A DNA stretch of 64,000 bases from an uncultured Oscillospiraceae bacterium (GTDB lineage: Bacteria > Bacillota > Clostridia > Oscillospirales > Oscillospiraceae): NCBI GenBank assembly GCA_910587505.1, contig CAJULD010000003.1, positions 5,370 to 69,369 of the forward strand, written 5' to 3'. The translations under genes were made by a program, and so were the position numbers. The notes below the pieces were generated by a model. That model saw nothing but the letters and a program-made list of their open reading frames with translations, was not told the origin of the DNA and ran no database searches. Of the stretch, positions 1 to 7,174 are shown one piece after another. Numbering within the stretch: position 1 is the stretch's first letter; the number at the start of each line of letters is the position of its first letter.

Positions 1-1167
1 ATGATAACATTTAGTCGAATTATAAACAGTTACCAGCAGGGAAAAGATCAACGGACCTACGAAATCAGTGAGATGCTTTTAGGAAAATGCGAGCGGGTGG
101 CGGATACCTTTTGCAGACATGCAAAGGTCTTCGGCCTGCGCACCCAGGCCATCCAAAATCTTGTGGCGGTGGTAAACCTGACCACGGTGCTCATCGCCTA
201 TCTTTTCGTGGGGCTGAAAGCCATGGCGGGCCTCATTACGGTGGGCATGGTGTCCATGCAGGTGGGGGCCATCACGGCCCTGGCCGGGGCGGTGCGGGAG
301 GCGGTGGATTTGGTGGGCCAACTGGACCTCCAGCGCAAGTACCTCAAGGAGTATGTCGATTTCCTGGCCATCCCTTCGGAGAAATACAACGGTACCCTTC
401 CTGTGGAAAAACGGAATGACGGGGACTACGACCTGGAGTTCCGGGACGTGAGCTTCCGCTATCCCAACCAGGAGCAGTGGAGCCTGCGCCATGTAACCTG
501 TACCCTGCCCAAGGGCCGGAAGCTGGCTATCGTGGGTCCCAACGGCGCGGGGAAGACCACCTTCATCAAGCTCCTCTGCCGCCTCTACGACCCCACGGAG
601 GGGGAGATCCTCCTCAACGGCATCGACATCTGCAAGTACGACTACGGGGAGTACCTGTCCCTGCTGTCGGTGGTGTTCCAGGACTTCAAGCTCTTCTCCA
701 TGAAGCTGGGGGAGAACGTGGCCGCCAGCGTGGACTACGATCCGCAACGGGTCTGGGAGTGCCTGGAAAAAGCGGGGATGCGGGAGCGGGTGGAGCAGAT
801 GCCGGAGGGCCTGGAAACCGGTCTCTACCAGCAGAAAGAGGACGGAGTAGAGATTTCCGGCGGCGAAGCCCAGAAGCTGGCCATTGCCCGGGCCCTCTAC
901 AGGGATGCGCCTGTCGTTATTCTGGATGAACCCACCGCCGCTTTGGACCCGGTCAGCGAATACGAAATCTATAGCCGCTTTGGCCAGATGGTGGAGGGCA
1001 AGACCAGCATCTATATCTCTCACCGGATGTCCTCCTGCCGCTTCTGCGATCTGGTATTCGTTTTTGACGGCGGGGCCATTATCCAGAGGGGCGCCCACGA
1101 GGAGCTTCTTAACCGGAAGGGAGGGCTCTATGCCCGGCTCTGGCAGGCCCAGGCGCAATATTACTGA
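1..1167 (+). CDS. ABC exporter, fused permease/ATP-binding protein (C-terminal part; 5' end outside window)
   Basis: Walker A GPNGAGKTT, signature ISGGEAQK, Walker B VVILDEPT, H-loop ISHR. Hydrophobic TMD end precedes the NBD. The ORF is open to position 1. Confidence 0.85.
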   Translation: MITFSRIINSYQQGKDQRTYEISEMLLGKCERVADTFCRHAKVFGLRTQAIQNLVAVVNLTTVLIAYLFVGLKAMAGLITVGMVSMQVGAITALAGAVREAVDLVGQLDLQRKYLKEYVDFLAIPSEKYNGTLPVEKRNDGDYDLEFRDVSFRYPNQEQWSLRHVTCTLPKGRKLAIVGPNGAGKTTFIKLLCRLYDPTEGEILLNGIDICKYDYGEYLSLLSVVFQDFKLFSMKLGENVAASVDYDPQRVWECLEKAGMRERVEQMPEGLETGLYQQKEDGVEISGGEAQKLAIARALYRDAPVVILDEPTAALDPVSEYEIYSRFGQMVEGKTSIYISHRMSSCRFCDLVFVFDGGAIIQRGAHEELLNRKGGLYARLWQAQAQYY

Positions 1168-1305
1168 AAAAGTCAGAAACTCCGGTTACCTGATCCTGTG
1201 GTCTGACAGCAGGGGAAAGTAAGCTGTGTTGCGTCAATATGGCCTGATTTCATATTTCCCCCTGGACGGCATCTTTGAAAATACAGGTTCTCTGGTCAAA
1301 ATTCC

Positions 1306-1334
1306 TTGATTATCCCCGACGGATGCGGTATACT
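1306..1334 (+). promoter_or_regulatory. Putative sigma-A type promoter (TTGATT-17-TATACT) for the thioredoxin operon
   Basis: Hexamers read directly. The 17-nt spacer was counted by hand. AAAGGAGG RBS at 1349-1356 and ATG at 1367. Confidence 0.4.
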
Positions 1335-1366
1335 GTGGCCAACTTGAAAAAGGAGGACAGATATTT

Positions 1367-1963
1367 ATGCACAAAATAAACAGGTTATTCTGGGGACTGC
1401 TGGCGTTAGCGGCGGTTTTCCTCAGCGGCTGCGGCGGAAGCGGCGCGGATAATCCTCCGGAGGACGTCCCGGAGACAAGGAACGAAACGCCCGCTGAAAC
1501 GGAGCCGGCGCCTGCCGAAACGGAGCCGGAGGCGCCGGAGATCACCTTTACGGGAACAGATCTGGAGGGAAACGCCGTTTCCTCCGATATCTTTTCTCAA
1601 TCAAAGCTCACCGTGATCAACGTGTGGGCCACCACCTGCAATCCCTGTCTGCGCGAGATGCCGGGACTGGGGGAGCTGGCCGCGGCCTATGACCCGGAAG
1701 AGGTCCAGATCGTCGGCATTATCGGCGACGTACTGGAGGGAGAGGATCAGACCACCGCGGAAAGCCTGGTGGAAGAGACCGGCGCGGCCTATCCCCATCT
1801 GCTCCTGAACGAGTCCATCTATTACGCGCTCCTGACGGACGTGTACGCCACGCCGACGACCTTCTTTCTGGACAAGGACGGAACGGTGCTGAACACCGTC
1901 ACCGGCGCAAAGGAGAAAGCGGTCTGGGAGGAAATCATCAATGGACTTCTGGAAGCGCAGTAG
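1367..1963 (+). CDS. TlpA/ResA-like thiol-disulfide oxidoreductase lipoprotein
   Basis: Signal peptide with lipobox LSGC, Pro/Glu-rich linker, thioredoxin-fold active site WATTCNPC, strong RBS. Confidence 0.8.
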   Translation: MHKINRLFWGLLALAAVFLSGCGGSGADNPPEDVPETRNETPAETEPAPAETEPEAPEITFTGTDLEGNAVSSDIFSQSKLTVINVWATTCNPCLREMPGLGELAAAYDPEEVQIVGIIGDVLEGEDQTTAESLVEETGAAYPHLLLNESIYYALLTDVYATPTTFFLDKDGTVLNTVTGAKEKAVWEEIINGLLEAQ

Positions 1964-2093
1964 GCGGTACGTCTGGATCGGAGGCGCTGCGCTGGGGATC
2001 CTCTTCCTTGGCGCCGGGGCCCTGGCGGGAGAGTTTTCCGTGATATGGAAAAAGGCGGTCATGATCTGCCTGGAGTGTATAGGAATCGGGTGA
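1941..2093 (+). CDS. Small (50 aa) CXXC-motif membrane peptide (CD1871A-like)
   Basis: ORF below the track cutoff: MDFWKRSRRYVWIGGAALGILFLGAGALAGEFSVIWKKAVMICLECIGIG. It has one TM helix followed by CLEC. It overlaps the thioredoxin gene's 3' end by 23 nt and ends 3 nt before the next ATG. Confidence 0.55.
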   Translation: MDFWKRSRRYVWIGGAALGILFLGAGALAGEFSVIWKKAVMICLECIGIG

Positions 2094-2096
2094 TCT

Positions 2097-2951
2097 ATGA
2101 AAAGACTTCGGCTGGCGGTGCAGCTGCTGTTTACCATCGTGACAAACGGATATCTGTACGGATTCCTGAACGGAAAAATCTATCGCGGCAGCCTGAAATA
2201 CGCCTGTGTCCCAGGGCTGAACTGTTACTCCTGTCCGGGGGCTGTCGCCTCGTGTCCCATTGGCGCGCTGCAGGCGCTGCTGAACCGGAAGGGCTATCAG
2301 GTCCCCTTCGCGGCGCTGGGATTTTTCTTCCTGTTCGGCAGCCTGCTGGGACGGTTTGTCTGCGGCTGGCTGTGCCCTTTCGGGATGGTGCAGGACCTTC
2401 TGCACAGGATCCCCCTTTTTCGGAAGAAAAAGCGGCTGCCCTTTCATCACGTTCTGAAATATGGAAAATACGCGGCGCTGTTCCTTCTGGTTGGCGCCGG
2501 TTCCCTGTTCCTGTTCGACGGATATGCAAAAATCCCGGCGTTCTGCAAATATCTCTGCCCCTCCGGAACCCTGTTCGGCGCAGTTCCCCTGCTCAGCGCG
2601 GCGGAAACCCTCCGGAGTCAGGCGGGCGGCCTGTTTTTCTGGAAGCTGGGGATTCTGCTGTTCCTCGCCGGGCTGTCCGTAAAGGTGTACCGGCCGTTCT
2701 GCCAGTACCTGTGCCCCCTGGGTGCGATTTATGGATGGTTCAACCGCTTCAGTCTGGTACAGATCCGCTGGGAGCAGGAGCGGTGCGTCTCCTGCTCGGC
2801 CTGTGAAAGGGCCTGCCCGCTGGGGCTTTCCCGGCAGGAGATTTCACGCTCTGCGGAGTGCATCCGGTGTGGGAAGTGCGCGGACGCCTGCCCCCGGAAG
2901 TGCCTGCGCTTTGGCGGCGCGGGGACCCCGGAGGAAAAAGCGGAGGGATAG
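2097..2951 (+). CDS. Polytopic 4Fe-4S binding membrane protein (NapH/MauN-like polyferredoxin)
   Basis: Motifs CYSCPGAVASCP, CGWLCPFG, CKYLCPSG, CQYLCPLG. Two C-terminal ferredoxin motifs, CVSCSACERACP and CIRCGKCADACP. Confidence 0.8.
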   Translation: MKRLRLAVQLLFTIVTNGYLYGFLNGKIYRGSLKYACVPGLNCYSCPGAVASCPIGALQALLNRKGYQVPFAALGFFFLFGSLLGRFVCGWLCPFGMVQDLLHRIPLFRKKKRLPFHHVLKYGKYAALFLLVGAGSLFLFDGYAKIPAFCKYLCPSGTLFGAVPLLSAAETLRSQAGGLFFWKLGILLFLAGLSVKVYRPFCQYLCPLGAIYGWFNRFSLVQIRWEQERCVSCSACERACPLGLSRQEISRSAECIRCGKCADACPRKCLRFGGAGTPEEKAEG

Positions 2952-2964
2952 GTTCGGGCGCGGC

Positions 2965-2996
2965 ACAGGGCGGTCCTTTTGCAAGGACCGCCCTGT
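2965..2996 (+). terminator. Stem-loop after the 4Fe-4S gene (12-bp stem, no U-tract)
   Basis: acagggcggtcc/ggaccgccctgt inverted repeat read directly, 14 nt after the stop codon. Confidence 0.35.
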
Positions 2997-3144
2997 ACCA
3001 GCAGAGCATTTCTATACCGAAATCAGGGAAAAGGGGGACCAAACCCCTGATCAGGGCTTTCCTCGAAGGGCGGCCTCCGCCGCCGGATCTCCCGGACCTT
3101 TCTGGGTTCATGCTGTCATTATAGCGCATCCTGCTGCCGCAATC

Positions 3145-3197
3145 CAGCACAATAGTCCACAATAATCAGCACAATAGTCCACAATAATCAGCACAAT
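3145..3197. repeat. 22-bp perfect tandem repeat x2 plus a 9-nt partial third copy (cagcacaatagtccacaataat)
   Basis: Copies at 3145-3166 and 3167-3188 are identical; partial copy at 3189-3197. This creates five CACAAT heptamers at alternating 10/12-bp spacing. Confidence 0.9.
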
Positions 3198-3390
3198 CGT
3201 ATTTAAGAAGCTGAACCAACAGGCGGGAGCACACATCCGGACGGAAAATTTGCCGTTAGGACTGCGTGAGAAAAGCCTGAAATCCGTCAGGACTCCTGCG
3301 CTTTCCTTCCCTGCCGGTCGAAAAATTTTCCCGTCATTCTGCACGCTTCGCCTGTTGGTACAGATTCTAAATGGAAAGAATGGTTCAGAA

Positions 3391-4329
3391 ATGGAATGGA
3401 TGGTAACAGAGCTGATGGGAGACCGGTCCGAGGTGATCCGCTATGACCGGGCCGGGCTGCCGCTGTATATCCGGGCCGGAGACCTGTCGCATTTTCCGGG
3501 AATGCGCGCCCCCTGCCACTGGCATGACGACGTGGAGCTGATCCGGATTGTCTCCGGGTACATGCGCTACCATGTCAACGGGCAGGAAATTCTTCTTGGG
3601 CCGGACGACTGTGTGGTTGTCAATTCCAGACAGATGCACTTTGGATACGATTTTCAAAAAAGAGACTGCCGGTACTCCTGCATTCTGTTCCATCCCTCGC
3701 TGCTCTCCGGCGGAACGATTCTGGAGCAGGACTTTGTTCTGCCCGTTCTGGAAATGCCGGAATACTGGCTCCTCCGCTCCGGTACGGAAGCCGGCAGCCG
3801 GGCGGCGGAATGCGCCGGCCGGATCATGGCCCTGAAGGCGGGGGGAGAGCCTGCCTTTGAGCTGGAGGTAATCGGGCTGCTGCATATACTGTGGGCCGCC
3901 CTGTGGCGAAACGCGGACGCGATTCCGCCGTCCCGCCGGGGTCTCCGGGACCCGGACATTGCCGCGCAGAAAGCAATGGCCTCCTGCATTTACCGGCATT
4001 ACGGGGAGCGGCTCTCTCTGAACGATATCGCCGCCGCCGGGCATGTCAGCCGCAGCAAGTGCTGTCAGATTTTTCGCCGGTTTATGGGGCAGTCGCCGGT
4101 TGAGTATCTGAACAGCTACCGCCTCAAGCGCTGCCGGGACCTGCTGATTGAAACGGAGATGAGCGTCACCGAAATCGCGCTGTCCTGCGGCTTCAATCAC
4201 CTGAGCTATTTTTCCCGGATGTTTCTGCGGACCTATGGCGACACCCCCAGCGGGTACCGCGCCGGGAAAAACGGCGGCGCGCAGGAGCTCCCGTCACGCC
4301 ATTTCCGTCACTGCGACGAAGACGTTTGA
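3391..4329 (+). CDS. AraC family transcriptional regulator (cupin sensor + HTH)
   Basis: N-terminal cupin-like HWHDDVELI; C-terminal AraC HTH (SLNDIAAAGHVSRSKCCQIFRRFMGQSP ... VTEIALSCGFNHLSYFSRMF). Start chosen at the first internal ATG (MEWMV); the start is uncertain. Confidence 0.8.
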   Translation: MEWMVTELMGDRSEVIRYDRAGLPLYIRAGDLSHFPGMRAPCHWHDDVELIRIVSGYMRYHVNGQEILLGPDDCVVVNSRQMHFGYDFQKRDCRYSCILFHPSLLSGGTILEQDFVLPVLEMPEYWLLRSGTEAGSRAAECAGRIMALKAGGEPAFELEVIGLLHILWAALWRNADAIPPSRRGLRDPDIAAQKAMASCIYRHYGERLSLNDIAAAGHVSRSKCCQIFRRFMGQSPVEYLNSYRLKRCRDLLIETEMSVTEIALSCGFNHLSYFSRMFLRTYGDTPSGYRAGKNGGAQELPSRHFRHCDEDV

Positions 4330-5532
4330 AATCTCATACCATCCGGCAAAATCCACGCTGCCGGTCTGGGGCAGATGGAAAATCTTCTGGAACTCCGTGA
4401 CCGCCTCCTGGGTGGCGGGCCCGTAGATCCCATCCGCCGGAATTCTGGGAATGGCGGGATAGTTTTGGGAAATGCGGTCCAGCTGCGTCTGAATGGTGCG
4501 CACCGCCTCCCCCTCGCTGCCCGGAGAGAGAACCTGCCCGCCGTAGGACAGGGGCACGCCTTCCACTTTTTCCGCGCTTTTGAGGTAGATTTCCGCCCCG
4601 TAATACTTCCGCAGGATGCTGACGGCATCCCAGCCCTGCTCCCCCAGCGCCTGGGAGCCCCACTGGCTCAGGCCGCTGCACTGCGTCCGCCGCCCGTCGC
4701 AATACTGGGCGAAGAGGGGCTGGGAAATGCCTTCTCTGGTGATATAGGTGGTGAAGAGGTCGTCCACTACCACGCCGATCTCCTCAAAGATGGTCCGTCC
4801 GTGGGAATAGGACTGGTCAAAGGCCGTGGAGCTGGTAATGGTGAAATCATACCCCTTCCCCCGGTACCATTCGGTATACACCCGGTTCAGGGTGAAGGAC
4901 AATATGGCCAGGACGTTTGCCTTGATGGCCTCCGTTTTCCAGGTGGAATAGATTTCGCTGCACGCCACGTTCTTTATGTAGTCCTTGAACCGCACCCAGT
5001 AATTGGGCGCGGAGGAATCGTCCGGCCGGCCCGCGTGTACGACGATGAACTCCGGGATCACCGGATCGGGCAGCACCACCAGTCCCCCCGGCGCGGGCAG
5101 CGGCTTGACCTCCTCCTCCGGCTCCCGCGTGGAAGGCGCGCCCCATAATCCGTGGGGGGCCAGCAGCAGGTTGCGCACGTTGAAGCCGCCGGGTCTGGCC
5201 GGGGCCAGGGCCGCCCGCTGGATGGAGCGGCCTGTGGGCAGCACCTCCACGCCGCCGATGTGAAGGGTTTCCCTCCCGCCGGCGGAGACGGTCACGTTGT
5301 AAACGGCGTAGGGCCGCCGTCCGGATTCTCCCTCGGCCACCGACAGCTCGATGGGCGGCGCGGGCAGCTCGATAAAGGGCGTTTGCCCCGACGCGTCGGT
5401 GGTGGATTCTGCCAGGACCCGGCCGTTTTCCGGGTCGGTGATGCGGACGCCGGCCCCCGGAAGGGGCGCGGGGGTTTCTCCGTCCGTAACAAAAATCTGC
5501 AAATTGCCTGTGTCCAGATAAGCTGGATTCAT
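4294..5532 (-). CDS. SleC-like spore cortex-lytic enzyme precursor (C-terminal peptidoglycan-binding domain)
   Basis: C-terminal PG_binding_1-like GSEGEAVRTIQTQL...DGIYGPATQEAVTEFQ. Central GLSQWGSQALGEQG / TEWYRGKGYDF region. Divergent from Csp-type proteases. RBS AAAGGAGGA. Confidence 0.6.
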   Translation of the reverse strand: MNPAYLDTGNLQIFVTDGETPAPLPGAGVRITDPENGRVLAESTTDASGQTPFIELPAPPIELSVAEGESGRRPYAVYNVTVSAGGRETLHIGGVEVLPTGRSIQRAALAPARPGGFNVRNLLLAPHGLWGAPSTREPEEEVKPLPAPGGLVVLPDPVIPEFIVVHAGRPDDSSAPNYWVRFKDYIKNVACSEIYSTWKTEAIKANVLAILSFTLNRVYTEWYRGKGYDFTITSSTAFDQSYSHGRTIFEEIGVVVDDLFTTYITREGISQPLFAQYCDGRRTQCSGLSQWGSQALGEQGWDAVSILRKYYGAEIYLKSAEKVEGVPLSYGGQVLSPGSEGEAVRTIQTQLDRISQNYPAIPRIPADGIYGPATQEAVTEFQKIFHLPQTGSVDFAGWYEISNVFVAVTEMA

Positions 5533-5616
5533 AACGGCACTCCTCCTTTCCGTATACTATTCTATGCAGGCGGCGGCCGCGGGCCACCGCCTCGGTTATT
5601 ATGGAAGGGAGACGGT

Positions 5617-7173
5617 ATGGAATACATCATCAAATATACAGGAGACATTCTCTCTCTGGGATATCCCACGGAGCTGCTGGACGCGCAGTTTGCCATTATG
5701 GAGCTGGAGGCCCGGGCGGCCGGCCGGCTGCTGGAGCACCGGCAGGTGAGCTGCTACGAGCCGGCCCGGATGCTCAGCAGACTTGCGGACCGGAGCATGG
5801 AGTCCGCCTGCATCCCGCCGGTCCAGCGGAAAACCGGACTGGGGCTGACGGGGAAGGGCGTGCTTATCGGCTTTGTGGACTCGGGCCTGGATCTGAGTCA
5901 CCCGGAATTTCTGGGGGAGGACGGGAACACACGGGTCGTCGCCCTGTGGGACATGACGGCGGAAGGCACGCCGCCGGAGGGCTTCCTCCATGGGGCGGCA
6001 TACACCGCAGAGGAAATCGCCGCCGGGCTGGTCTCTCCTGCCGGGCAGTCCGGCCACGGCACTGCGGTGGCCGCCATCGCCGCCGGCCGCAGCGGCGCGG
6101 CGCCGGAGGCCTCCATCGCGGCGGTGAAGCTGTCCAGCGCCCGGACCACGGACATCATGCGGGCAGTGAAGTATCTGCTGGATCAGGCGGAGGAGCGTGG
6201 GATGCCCTGCGTGGTCAATCTCAGCTACGGTACCAACTTCGGCTCTCACCAGGGGCAGTCCCTCTTCGAGTCCTATATCGACCAGTCCGCCCAGCGGGGA
6301 AGGAGCGTCGTCGTCTGCGCTGCCGGCAACGAGGGCAGCGGAGCCCACCACTTCCGCGGAAAGCTCATAGAAGGCGCGACCGTGGACGCGGAATTCACCG
6401 TCTCCACCCGGAGGGAGCAGGTCTACCTCTCCCTGTGGAAGAATTTTGCCGACGAGGCGGTGCTGGAGCTGATTCTCCCCAATGGACAGTCCACGGGGCT
6501 CCTGACGGAGGGGACCCGGTCTTTCCGGTTTGGGTCCATCCGCGTGACGGTATTCTATGGCGTGCCCACCCACTACAGCGCCTCCCAGGAGGCCATCTTC
6601 CTGGTGGAGGCGCCTCCGGGAGAGATGGACGGACTGTGGAAGCTTCGCTCCACGGGGAAGAAGGTTGCAGACGGGCGGTTCGACATGTGGCTGCCCACGG
6701 TGGAGGAGGTCACCGACCGCACCGCCTTTCTCCAGCCGGAACCGGAGCTGACCATCACCCTCCCCGCCACGGCGCTGTATCCCATCTCGGTAGGGGGATA
6801 CCGGACGGAGACGGAAACCATCAGCCCCTTCTCCGGGCAGGGGGACCAGGGATGCTGGGGCAGGGTGATGCTGGATCTGACGGCCCCGGCGGAGGCAGTG
6901 CGCTCCGCCAAAGCCGGAGGCGGGTACGACGTGTTCACCGGCACGAGCATGGCAGCTCCCTTTGTCTCCGGCGCGGCGGCCCTGATGATGGAGTGGGGCG
7001 TCGTACAGGGCAACGACCCCTTCCTGTACGGCCAGCGGGTGAAGGCCTTCCTGTGCAAGGGGGCCCTGCGCAGCCCGTTTCTGACCTATCCCAACCCCCA
7101 GTGGGGCTACGGGCGGCTGAACCTGTGCGGGACCATGGACGCGCTGGTCAATCATATCGAAAGGGGGCTGTGA
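5617..7173 (+). CDS. Subtilisin-like S8 serine protease, Csp (germination-specific) type
   Basis: Catalytic motifs GFVDSGLD (Asp), GHGTAVAAIAAG (His), AAGNEG (Asn), GTSMAAPFVSG (Ser). Start at ATG 5617 after GGAAGGGAG. Confidence 0.8.
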   Translation: MEYIIKYTGDILSLGYPTELLDAQFAIMELEARAAGRLLEHRQVSCYEPARMLSRLADRSMESACIPPVQRKTGLGLTGKGVLIGFVDSGLDLSHPEFLGEDGNTRVVALWDMTAEGTPPEGFLHGAAYTAEEIAAGLVSPAGQSGHGTAVAAIAAGRSGAAPEASIAAVKLSSARTTDIMRAVKYLLDQAEERGMPCVVNLSYGTNFGSHQGQSLFESYIDQSAQRGRSVVVCAAGNEGSGAHHFRGKLIEGATVDAEFTVSTRREQVYLSLWKNFADEAVLELILPNGQSTGLLTEGTRSFRFGSIRVTVFYGVPTHYSASQEAIFLVEAPPGEMDGLWKLRSTGKKVADGRFDMWLPTVEEVTDRTAFLQPEPELTITLPATALYPISVGGYRTETETISPFSGQGDQGCWGRVMLDLTAPAEAVRSAKAGGGYDVFTGTSMAAPFVSGAAALMMEWGVVQGNDPFLYGQRVKAFLCKGALRSPFLTYPNPQWGYGRLNLCGTMDALVNHIERGL

Positions 7174-7174
7174 C

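Noticed and set aside
3145-3197. The tandem repeats here and at 49081-49152 as possible CRISPR arrays.
   Set aside because: The units are directly adjacent or separated by 6 nt, with no unique spacers. There are only 2-2.5 copies, no cas genes are present, and one of the repeats lies inside a coding region.
5152-5616. The N-terminal 155-codon extension of the first Csp ORF in the track (start at 5152), and the alternative-frame and antisense ORFs 5601-7331, 5599-7236 and 7148-8869.
   Set aside because: The extension overlaps the sleC-like gene on the opposite strand and has junk composition. A good RBS (GGAAGGGAG) precedes ATG 5617, where the S8 prodomain-like sequence begins. The other ORFs are frame or strand shadows of the S8 genes.
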